From: a virus
Taxonomy: Duplodnaviria; Caudoviricetes
DNA: 34,220 nucleotides
IMG/VR virus record: IMGVR_UViG_3300046779_001348
Span: 1 to 34,220 of that record
Reading direction: 5' to 3' (one strand)
Below are positions 16,661 through 22,937 of the stretch, piece by piece. The translations under genes and the position numbers were made by a program. Positions within the stretch are counted from its first letter, which is position 1; every line of letters begins with the position of its first letter. Below the pieces are notes generated by a model, which was given only the letters and a program-made list of their open reading frames with translations, searched no databases and was not told where the DNA came from.

Positions 16661-17037
16661 GCGGCCTTCATAGCGCCCCGTAAAACCGCCGCCTTAAATT
16701 CCTGGGGGTGAGCATAGTCAGATTCACGGATGCCCAATTCGCGGCCCTTAGCAACGATTCCTGGCCAGGTCTCATGCCACTCTTTTCCATCGACCACGCC
16801 AGGCAAGGTGACCTTGAGTTCATCGTCCCACCGCTCTTGGCGCAGCCAGGTCGCTGGATAGGGGATAAATTGACCGTCATTCTTACGCCACTGGTCGCTC
16901 TTGGCCTGGGCCTCGATGGCCGCCAGCAGGGTGGTGAAGTCAGGGCGGATGGCCTCGGTCTGGCTCCAGGCTTTGCGGGCGTCACCCTTGGCAACCTTTT
17001 TCGGGTAAGCCTGCCAGAACGTGTCAAATTCAGTCAT
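16657..17037 (-). CDS. Stand-alone C-terminal domain of a phage replisome-organiser/replication protein
   Basis: FDTFWQAYPKKVAKGDARKAW...FIPYPATWLRQERWDDE begins at residue 4, so no N-terminal HTH; GGAGGA RBS. Confidence 0.8.
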   Translation of the reverse strand: MTEFDTFWQAYPKKVAKGDARKAWSQTEAIRPDFTTLLAAIEAQAKSDQWRKNDGQFIPYPATWLRQERWDDELKVTLPGVVDGKEWHETWPGIVAKGRELGIRESDYAHPQEFKAAVLRGAMKAA

Positions 17038-17583
17038 TTATCCTCCGATGGCGTGTACAGGTGCGGTGTAAAGTGGTTTGATTTCTAATGCGCTATTTTT
17101 TTCGTACGCTGTCGGCTCTCTCCACAGAAACTCGTGGCGATATTCGTATTGAATAAACCACGCCACAGGCTCTTGCTTCTCTTTATGCTCCATTGCCGCA
17201 TCCCAGCCACGCTCGTATCCACACTGCCATTGATGCTGACCATACCAGTCTTCGTGTTTATCTTTTGCCGTTTCATCGACACGTTCTTGCGATATGTCGC
17301 TGGCGTGTACAGGTGCGTTGTATAAGCCAGATACAAACGCCACAGGCTCTTTGGTAATTTCTGCCAACGCCGTGGGTGCTGTTTTAGAACAAGCCCCAGT
17401 GCAACCATTTGTTGCTTGGCATTTTGGATATGTGCATTGCGCCACAGGCTCTTGCTTTTTTGCCCCTGCAATGGCCTCAACAAACTTGAGCAGTTGGTCA
17501 TCGTTCCTAAACGTCCACCGGCCAAAGTCATCCCAATCGCCATGCTTCTCGGCTAGTTCAAAAATTTCCTGGTCAGTCATCAT
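17038..17583 (-). CDS. Mosaic EPVA-repeat protein (Ea22/Ead-like accessory)
   Basis: Three EPVA and two LY.APVHA modules, with matching DNA repeats. Confidence 0.75.
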   Translation of the reverse strand: MMTDQEIFELAEKHGDWDDFGRWTFRNDDQLLKFVEAIAGAKKQEPVAQCTYPKCQATNGCTGACSKTAPTALAEITKEPVAFVSGLYNAPVHASDISQERVDETAKDKHEDWYGQHQWQCGYERGWDAAMEHKEKQEPVAWFIQYEYRHEFLWREPTAYEKNSALEIKPLYTAPVHAIGG

Positions 17584-17848
17584 TTCCCCTTTCTCTTATT
17601 CGCTTCGATAATTCCTTGTCACCCGCGTAGTCACTGAGTTTGGCGCACTCGGCCCGCTCGTACTCAACCGCCTTCTTGATGGCGCGGATCATGTACTCGC
17701 TGGCGTTTTGTTTGAGGTCGTGAATGATCACGCTGGCAAACTGGTTGAGTTGGCCAGTTGATGCGACCCACATGGGCTTGATGAGGTCACCGGAGGTGCG
17801 AGTCATCCCGCAGCCGTGAGCCAGTTCCTCGATTTGGTTGATGTCCAT
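17573..17848 (-). CDS. Hypothetical protein (AVEYERAECAKL motif)
   Basis: Start moved to ATG 17848 (MDINQIEELAHG...), because the upstream ORF-track extension runs over a promoter. Confidence 0.75.
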   Translation of the reverse strand: MDINQIEELAHGCGMTRTSGDLIKPMWVASTGQLNQFASVIIHDLKQNASEYMIRAIKKAVEYERAECAKLSDYAGDKELSKRIRERGNDD

Positions 17849-17855
17849 GCCTTGC

Positions 17856-17884
17856 AGTTTACGGTTTATGCAAACCGTTTGCAA
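17856..17884 (-). promoter_or_regulatory. Sigma70-type promoter with two operator-like boxes; likely leaderless transcript
   Basis: TTGCAA-17 nt (acggtttgcataaaccg)-TAAACT-7 nt-ATG. Confidence 0.7.
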
Positions 17885-17885
17885 G

Positions 17886-18068
17886 TCAGGAGTTTGTTTT
17901 GCGGAGACAGGCTTCGCACTTCCATCTGCGGTTCATTCCGCCGTTAAAGGAGCGCCACTGGCCGCCCATGACCGAGCGGTATTGTTGGCAGTTGGAGCAG
18001 TATCGTTGTCCGGTTGCGCCTTCGACCAACGCGGTTGTTTTTGTTTCGGGTCTGACTTTGTTCTGCAT
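17886..18068 (-). CDS. Small Zn-ribbon protein (60 aa)
   Basis: MQNKVRPETK...YCSNCQQ...WKCEAC; purine-rich RBS AAGAGAAAAG before ATG 18068. Confidence 0.75.
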   Translation of the reverse strand: MQNKVRPETKTTALVEGATGQRYCSNCQQYRSVMGGQWRSFNGGMNRRWKCEACLRKTNS

Positions 18069-18084
18069 CTTTTCTCTTTTGACA

Positions 18085-18325
18085 ATACTTTCCCAAGGGG
18101 TGGTAGCCGACCACCTCCGTCCCAGAGTTGCGAATGTAGCACTCCCAGACAACGCATGACGCAGCGATTCATTCATCAAAGGTCTTGTCCCACCACTTTC
18201 CCTTTGACTACTCCAGTCCCTCGCTGACAGGCTGGAACCCAAACACGGGGTGCAATGCTGGGTGTCTTTTCTTCCGCGCAGCCGATTCAGGCCCGTTGCT
18301 ATCGAGCGGAGTCCGGTCGGAGCGC
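18085..18325 (-). ncRNA. Putative ~250-nt highly structured RNA downstream of the C4 RNA
   Basis: At least six stems plus a CAGCGA/UCGCUG pseudoknot found by eye. G-U pairs favour the minus strand; no credible protein is encoded. Confidence 0.6.
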
Positions 18326-18334
18326 CCAAAGAAA

Positions 18335-18416
18335 AACCCCCTGGTGAGGACTTGGGCTTGACAGGCCAGCATCGGGCGATAACCAAACGATGACTACAAG
18401 CCCTCACCAGGAGGTT
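18335..18416 (-). ncRNA. C4-type antisense RNA
   Basis: 20-bp closing stem AACCUCCUGGUGAGGGCUUG/CAAGUCCUCACCAGGGGGUU enclosing hairpins CAUCG-(uuuGGUUAUCGCC)-CGAUG and GGC-(CUGUCAA)-GCC, followed by a U-run. Confidence 0.8.
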
Positions 18417-18427
18417 CTGATTACTAC

Positions 18428-18464
18428 GGTTATCGCCAAATGCCGGAGCGTCACTTCCGACAGG
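18428..18464 (-). promoter_or_regulatory. C4 a1/b1-type target site in the leader
   Basis: Hairpin UGUCGGA-(AGUGACGC)-UCCGGCA, whose UGAC pairs with GUCA of the C4 loop, then GGCGAUAACC, the 10-nt complement of the other loop. Confidence 0.75.
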
Positions 18465-18467
18465 CCA

Positions 18468-18498
18468 AGTATAACACCACAAACGGTTCGCTACGCAA
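18468..18498 (-). promoter_or_regulatory. Leftward promoter driving the C4/ncRNA leader
   Basis: Extended -10 TGtTATACT, GAACCGTTT box upstream, TTGCGT at 19-nt spacing. Confidence 0.6.
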
Positions 18499-18585
18499 GC
18501 AAAAACCAGTTCTTGCAAACAACAACCGGATGTTGCTGATTTATAGGGGTTTTCCCTAAAAATGCAAAAAAACTCCAAAAAGTAG

Positions 18586-18613
18586 TTGCAAACGGTTTAC
18601 AAACCTGGATAAT
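18586..18613 (+). promoter_or_regulatory. Rightward early promoter 1
   Basis: A-tract UP element, then TTGCAA-16 nt (acggtttacaaacctg)-GATAAT. Confidence 0.6.
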
Positions 18614-18654
18614 TCAAATTGTAGTCATTGCAATTAACCAACCGGAGTGAAGAA

Positions 18655-18870
18655 ATGAACGTAACCAAGATCAAAGCGGGCAAGTACGAAATCAACGCAA
18701 ACGGGTTTGTCTTTACCCTTGTAAACGACTGCGGGCACTGGGTTCTGTCCAATAAAGCAGATGTTGAGTTAATGCGCGACTCCACCAAAACCGCCATCCT
18801 TAACGCTTTGCGTACTTACGATGGCCACGGTTTGGAAAGCCTCAACACCCAAGAATGGTGTTCTTACTAA
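18655..18870 (+). CDS. Early hypothetical protein (71 aa)
   Basis: CGGAGTGAAGAA-ATG; MNVTKIKAGKYEINANG... Confidence 0.8.
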   Translation: MNVTKIKAGKYEINANGFVFTLVNDCGHWVLSNKADVELMRDSTKTAILNALRTYDGHGLESLNTQEWCSY

Positions 18871-18879
18871 ACAAACCCT

Positions 18880-18893
18880 GGGGCTTCGGCCCC
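18880..18893 (+). repeat. GGGGCTTCGGCCCC UUCG hairpin, copy 1
   Basis: Also at 19593-19608 and 19858-19873. Confidence 0.85.
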
Positions 18894-18910
18894 ATCATCG
18901 GAGAGAAGAA

Positions 18911-19204
18911 ATGAACGCAATCGACATCGAAATTACCCAAATTGACCGCCTGGGTCTGTTGCTGGCTCAAATCGCTGACCTTACCAAAGAGGCCGAGTCC
19001 ATCAAAAACGCTATGAAAGACGCGGCCACCGCCGGCGGCCCATCCGCCTTCGAGGGCAATCTCTACAAGGCCACCGTGGTCTGCGCCAACCGTAAGGTCG
19101 TTGACTACTCTGCCCTGCTGGCCGAGTTGAACTGCACCGATGACCAGTTGGCCACCTTCACCAAGACCACCGCAGTGTTCTCGGTTAAGACCGTCAGCCG
19201 ATAA
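18911..19204 (+). CDS. Early hypothetical protein (97 aa, N-terminal coiled coil)
   Basis: CGGAGAGAAGAA-ATG; IDRLGLLLAQIADLTKEAESIK...FEGNLYKATV. Confidence 0.85.
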   Translation: MNAIDIEITQIDRLGLLLAQIADLTKEAESIKNAMKDAATAGGPSAFEGNLYKATVVCANRKVVDYSALLAELNCTDDQLATFTKTTAVFSVKTVSR

Positions 19205-19250
19205 AAATAGGGGGGAGGGTTTCCCCCTATAAAAAAAATCAAAAAAACAC

Positions 19251-19280
19251 TTGACACAGTTTACAAAGACGGTTTACTAT
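19251..19280 (+). promoter_or_regulatory. Rightward early promoter 2
   Basis: Long A-tracts, then TTGACA-18 nt-TACTAT; GACGGTTTAC box overlaps the -10. Confidence 0.8.
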
Positions 19281-19322
19281 TTAATCACGGTCAACGTTGA
19301 CCGGATAAATCGGAGAGAAGAA

Positions 19323-19586
19323 ATGAACACTTACCCACGCTACTCAGTCCAGCCCTTCAGCCTGTGGACAGAAAAAACAAACCACGGCGGCACCGAAAAC
19401 AGTATGCCCTGCGCCATCTGCGGCAAACAGATCAAGACTGACAACCCTAACGCAATTTGGGTCACCATCGTCAACGGTGGCGATTGGGCCGCTAACGAAC
19501 AAGAGGCCAACGATGACGGTGACGCTGGCTTTATGGGCGGATACCCAGTCGGTTCTGACTGCCACAAAAAGTATCTGATCAAGTAA
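19323..19586 (+). CDS. Early Zn-finger-like protein (87 aa)
   Basis: CGGAGAGAAGAA-ATG; CAICGK...PVGSDCHKK. Confidence 0.85.
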   Translation: MNTYPRYSVQPFSLWTEKTNHGGTENSMPCAICGKQIKTDNPNAIWVTIVNGGDWAANEQEANDDGDAGFMGGYPVGSDCHKKYLIK

Positions 19587-19592
19587 ATCAAC

Positions 19593-19608
19593 GGGGGCTT
19601 CGGCCCCC
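19593..19608 (+). repeat. GGGGGCTTCGGCCCCC UUCG hairpin, copy 2
   Basis: Between a stop codon and the next RBS. Confidence 0.85.
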
Positions 19609-19625
19609 ACACTCGGAGAGAAAAA

Positions 19626-19853
19626 ATGAAAACACTCAAACACACCATCGAAGCCCACGCGATTGACGAAATTGAATACGTTGATGGGCACCGCCACGCA
19701 GAGCCTGGCTGGTTCATATTCCTCAAAGACGGTTGCAGTTTCGACCCGATGGACGTCAACGACAATTGCCGGTTCGTTCCAGCCAGTAATCCAGATGAGG
19801 CCATGAATTTGCTAGTGGTCGAACACCCTGGATACACGCCAGACCTGTCATAA
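19626..19853 (+). CDS. Early hypothetical protein (75 aa, acidic)
   Basis: CGGAGAGAAAAA-ATG. Confidence 0.8.
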   Translation: MKTLKHTIEAHAIDEIEYVDGHRHAEPGWFIFLKDGCSFDPMDVNDNCRFVPASNPDEAMNLLVVEHPGYTPDLS

Positions 19854-19857
19854 GGGC

Positions 19858-19873
19858 GGGGGCTTCGGCCCCC
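19858..19873 (+). repeat. GGGGGCTTCGGCCCCC UUCG hairpin, copy 3
   Basis: Directly abuts the -35 of promoter 3. Confidence 0.85.
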
Positions 19874-19902
19874 TTGCAAACCGTTTGTAGACCGTTTACA
19901 AT
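19874..19902 (+). promoter_or_regulatory. Rightward early promoter 3
   Basis: TTGCAA-17 nt (accgtttgtagaccgtt)-TACAAT, with two boxes. Confidence 0.8.
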
Positions 19903-19931
19903 TACCTCACACAATCACTCGGAGAGAAGAA

Positions 19932-20093
19932 ATGCGACAAGACCTAATCGAAACGCTGGAGTGCAAAGAGGCCGAGTTGGCCGCGCTCCACGCCATCCCA
20001 GAGGACGATATGACCGCCGAGCAGTTGGCGCAGTATCAGTCCCTCGACCGCCAAATCATTTCGCTTAAACAATCCATCGACCAAGGGGAATAA
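19932..20093 (+). CDS. Small helical protein (53 aa, not in the ORF track)
   Basis: CGGAGAGAAGAA-ATG; MRQDLIETLECKEAELAALHAIPEDDMTAEQLAQYQSLDRQIISLKQSIDQGE. Confidence 0.8.
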   Translation: MRQDLIETLECKEAELAALHAIPEDDMTAEQLAQYQSLDRQIISLKQSIDQGE

Positions 20094-20094
20094 C

Positions 20095-20328
20095 ATGGAT
20101 GACACGCAAGCCCTGCACCATCAAGAGCAGTTAGACCAACAAGAGCAAGAGGAATCGTTTTACAAGCGGTTTGACCCCGAGACGGGGCTCTACGCTCACG
20201 TTCACCAGGACTCCGACACGGTGTTCCTGACCATCGGCACTTACTCCGCGCATTCCACGTTTCACCTGACCGGCGACCAGGCCAAGGAAATTGCTCGCCA
20301 TCTTATGATCAAAGGGGATCAAGCATGA
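20095..20328 (+). CDS. Hypothetical protein (77 aa)
   Basis: AAGGGGAA RBS; coupled to its neighbours. Confidence 0.75.
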   Translation: MDDTQALHHQEQLDQQEQEESFYKRFDPETGLYAHVHQDSDTVFLTIGTYSAHSTFHLTGDQAKEIARHLMIKGDQA

Positions 20329-20537
20329 CCAAGCAGACCAAAGTCGAGCAGGTGCGCCAGCACCTCATCAAGAAGCGCTCCATCACCAGTTGGGACGCCA
20401 TCACCAAATACCACGCCACGCGCCTGGCGGACATCATCTTCAGGCTTAAGCAAAAGGGCTGGATCATCCGCACCAGCACCGAACGCCAGGGCGATATGAC
20501 CTGGGCACGTTACACGCTAGTTCAAGAGGGGGAGTGA
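20325..20537 (+). CDS. Winged helix-turn-helix protein
   Basis: HLIKKRSITSWDAITKYHATRLADIIFRLKQKGWII...ARYTL. Confidence 0.85.
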   Translation: MTKQTKVEQVRQHLIKKRSITSWDAITKYHATRLADIIFRLKQKGWIIRTSTERQGDMTWARYTLVQEGE

Positions 20538-20662
20538 TTGTGAACCGTTTGCAAACCAATAAATACCAGCGTAACCTGTTCCACAAGCCGCCATCGTGGT
20601 TTGAACGCAATGCCGGCCTGTTGTTCGTTGTTTACCTTTTCGCTTGTTGGATTTTTTTCTAA
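20534..20662 (+). CDS. Putative 42-aa membrane peptide
   Basis: GTGA-coupled ORF ending ...WFERNAGLLFVVYLFACWIFF; fills the gap before erf. Confidence 0.5.
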   Translation: MIVNRLQTNKYQRNLFHKPPSWFERNAGLLFVVYLFACWIFF

Positions 20663-20673
20663 GGGAATAGTCA

Positions 20674-21261
20674 ATGCAAAAAGTCGCAGCCGCGCTCGTC
20701 AAAGCGCAAAAAGAGTTCGGGCCAGCCCTGAAAACCTCAACCAACCCACACTTCAAGTCCCGCTACGCTGACCTGGCCGCTTGCATCGAGGCCGTTATTG
20801 ACTCACTCAATAACCACGGCATCGCCCTAATGCAGCAGTCGCATGAGTGTGCGGACGGCATCATCATCGAGACCCTGTTCATCCATGAGTCCGGCGAGAC
20901 CCTGTCAGGCGGCAAATTGCACGTTCCAGCCTCCAAACAGGACGCCCAGGGCTATGGCTCCGCAATGACCTACGCAAGGCGTTACGCTCTCCAGGCGGCG
21001 TGCGGAATAGCACCGGAGGACGATGATGGCCACAAGGCCACCAACGCCCCCAAAGCGGCCCCCAAACCGGCCCGTGCCATTCGGACAAGGGATGAGGTCG
21101 AGAACCTGGTCAAAGCCGCTACGAGCCCCGAATTACTGACCACGGTCTGGAAGGCGTTGCTGCCAGAAGAACGCGAGTTGGTCAGGGAAATTGCAGCCGA
21201 ACACGGGGAGAAATTAAAACTCGACCAAAAACTCCGCACCGAGGGCGTCCAAAATGCGTGA
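20674..21261 (+). CDS. erf: ERF-family single-strand annealing protein
   Basis: NPHFKSRYADL...QGYGSAMTYARRYALQAACGIAPEDDDG. Confidence 0.95.
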   Translation: MQKVAAALVKAQKEFGPALKTSTNPHFKSRYADLAACIEAVIDSLNNHGIALMQQSHECADGIIIETLFIHESGETLSGGKLHVPASKQDAQGYGSAMTYARRYALQAACGIAPEDDDGHKATNAPKAAPKPARAIRTRDEVENLVKAATSPELLTTVWKALLPEERELVREIAAEHGEKLKLDQKLRTEGVQNA

Positions 21262-21892
21262 TCCCAACCCGTTCCAACAGGACGGAAATTGGTGGAATGA
21301 CCGGCTGGGCAAGTTAACCGCCAGCCGCGTCAACGCAGCCATGAATTTCCTCAAGTCCGGCAAAGAGTCCACCGAGCGCGAGAACCTCCGCTATGAGATT
21401 GTGGCCGAGCGCATCACCAACACGATGGTCAACAAGTACACCACGCCAGAGATGGCCTGGGGTATTGAGAAAGAGGCCGAGGCCAAAGAGAAGTTCGAGT
21501 CGGTGACCGGCCTCATCGTGACCGATGTCGGGTTCATGGATCACCCGCGCATCCCGTTCTGCGGGGCCAGCCCTGACGGGTTTTGCTCGGACGGCTGCGC
21601 CATCGAGGTCAAGTGCCCCACTACCCGCACGTTTATGAAATGGGTGGAAAAGCAAACCGTTCCCGCGGAGCATAAGGCCCAGATGACCCTCCAGGCCGCA
21701 GTCACCGGCAAAGACGTCTGGTTCGTTGCCTATGACCCGCGCATGGGCGAGGGCCGTGACCTGTTCATCCGCAAGTTCTCACCAACCCCAGAGGAAATTG
21801 CAGAGGTCGAGGCCGCTTGCGAGACCTTCCTGGCCGAGGTGGAAAAACTGTTCGACTTCTACACAACACAAGCCGTTTACCTGGAGAAATGA
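21254..21892 (+). CDS. YqaJ/lambda-type exonuclease
   Basis: WWNDRLGKLTAS...MAWG..E...GASPDG...IEVKCP...Q...YDPR. Confidence 0.95.
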   Translation: MRDPNPFQQDGNWWNDRLGKLTASRVNAAMNFLKSGKESTERENLRYEIVAERITNTMVNKYTTPEMAWGIEKEAEAKEKFESVTGLIVTDVGFMDHPRIPFCGASPDGFCSDGCAIEVKCPTTRTFMKWVEKQTVPAEHKAQMTLQAAVTGKDVWFVAYDPRMGEGRDLFIRKFSPTPEEIAEVEAACETFLAEVEKLFDFYTTQAVYLEK

Positions 21893-21893
21893 A

Positions 21894-22316
21894 ATGCAAT
21901 TGATTGGACTCGCCCGCCTGGGCAACAACCCCGAAATCCGCTACACCCCCAGCGGTGACCCTGTTATGGACTTGTCCCTGGCCTTCAACTACGGCAAGAA
22001 GGGCGCCGATGGCAAGGTTCCGACCCAGTGGGTCTCCGCGACCATGTGGGGCGCCCGCGTGGAAAAACTGCACCCTTATTTAACCAAGGGCCAGCAGTTG
22101 TTTGTAACCCTGGGTGATCCGCACCTGGAGGAATACAAGCGCAAAGACGGCACGGGGGGCACCACCCTGCGGGCCAGGCTCAACGAACTAGAGTTTGCAG
22201 GGCCAAAACCCGAGCAAGAGGATCGCCCTCAAAACCACACTTATATTCCGCATCATCAAGTCACCTCAAAACCAAAAGATTCGTTTGATGACCTTGAAGA
22301 TGACGTTCCCTTCTAA
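21894..22316 (+). CDS. ssb: Single-stranded DNA-binding protein
   Basis: Start ATG 21894; OB-fold PEIRYTPSG...LTKGQQLFV and acidic tail DDLEDDVPF. Confidence 0.95.
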   Translation: MQLIGLARLGNNPEIRYTPSGDPVMDLSLAFNYGKKGADGKVPTQWVSATMWGARVEKLHPYLTKGQQLFVTLGDPHLEEYKRKDGTGGTTLRARLNELEFAGPKPEQEDRPQNHTYIPHHQVTSKPKDSFDDLEDDVPF

Positions 22317-22522
22317 TGCTGCGGACGTTCAGAGGATGGGGCGTGGAGTCCACCGCCAGACAAGTCTGGGTGCGTCAGCCCAGGCCGGTGGACGGCCACA
22401 AAGCGTTCCCAATGGTGACGTTTAAATCCAAACGGGAGGCGCAATTGTGGATCGATGCTAGTTCGTACTGGAAGGGGAAAGCAAAACCAGTGCGAATCAT
22501 CATCAAGGTGACCGAATGGTGA
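22316..22522 (+). CDS. Hypothetical protein (68 aa)
   Basis: TAATG coupling; FKSKREAQLWI motif. Confidence 0.7.
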   Translation: MLRTFRGWGVESTARQVWVRQPRPVDGHKAFPMVTFKSKREAQLWIDASSYWKGKAKPVRIIIKVTEW

Positions 22523-22605
22523 ACTACGGCCAATCGGTAGGGGAGTTTTTCTTGTGGATGCTGGTGGTCATCGCCATCGGCATTTATATAGCCTATAAGG
22601 AATGA
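22516..22605 (+). CDS. Putative 29-aa single-TM peptide
   Basis: MVNYGQSVGEFFLWMLVVIAIGIYIAYKE; overlaps both neighbours. Confidence 0.55.
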   Translation: MVNYGQSVGEFFLWMLVVIAIGIYIAYKE

Positions 22606-22868
22606 CTATGAACAAAGCACTTTTGATAGTTTCTATCTTAGCCCTGGCGGGTTGTGCCCACCAGCCGTTGCCGCCAGAAGAAGAAATGCCAAAGCAAAAA
22701 CTGGTGGCCGATGACAAGGTTTACTCAATGAGCCGCCTGGAGGTGGTCAACGCCATCAAAGACTGTGAGTCGGCCCGCACCAGGGCCATTGTGGTCTACG
22801 GTAAACGTAGGGTTGGTGGGATGACCAGGGACATCGTTGTAGACGTCACCTGTGCCCCGCTTTACTGA
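22602..22868 (+). CDS. Lipoprotein
   Basis: Signal peptide II with lipobox LAGC and two further Cys. Confidence 0.8.
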   Translation: MTMNKALLIVSILALAGCAHQPLPPEEEMPKQKLVADDKVYSMSRLEVVNAIKDCESARTRAIVVYGKRRVGGMTRDIVVDVTCAPLY

Positions 22869-22869
22869 T

Positions 22870-22909
22870 AAAAAAACCCCCAGGCCAAGGGGATAGACCT
22901 GGGGGCTTT
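22870..22909. terminator. Terminator between the convergent early and lysis operons
   Basis: A7-CCCCCAGG...CCTGGGGG-cttt; strong U-tail on the minus strand. Confidence 0.75.
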
Positions 22910-22937
22910 CGCTACAAGGAGACCACGAAACAGCCCT

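Noticed and set aside
18085-18325. Group I/II intron, tRNA or tmRNA
   Set aside because: I could not find P7 or domain V consensus sequences, a T-loop/CCA cloverleaf, or an interrupted gene.
17886-18578. 230-aa ORF as a single protein
   Set aside because: The upstream part crosses a promoter, the C4 RNA and structured RNA and has no protein-like features. Only the last 60 aa (ATG 18068, Zn ribbon) look real, although read-through is not formally excluded.
18880-19873. UUCG hairpins as intrinsic terminators
   Set aside because: None has a U-tract, and two sit only 5 nt before the next RBS motif.
18643-19934. CRISPR array or integron attC array
   Set aside because: The repeats are 14-16 nt, separated by whole ORFs, and coincide with RBSs and hairpins. 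There is no cas or integrase gene and no attC core-site structure.
19874-20068. 64-aa ORF from the track
   Set aside because: It starts on a promoter -35 (TTG). The frame starting at ATG 19932 with the conserved RBS is the better gene.
8468-20551. Promoter box as a proteobacterial LexA (CTGT-N8-ACAG) site
   Set aside because: The motif is a 9-bp AAACSGTTT quasi-palindrome and does not match that consensus.
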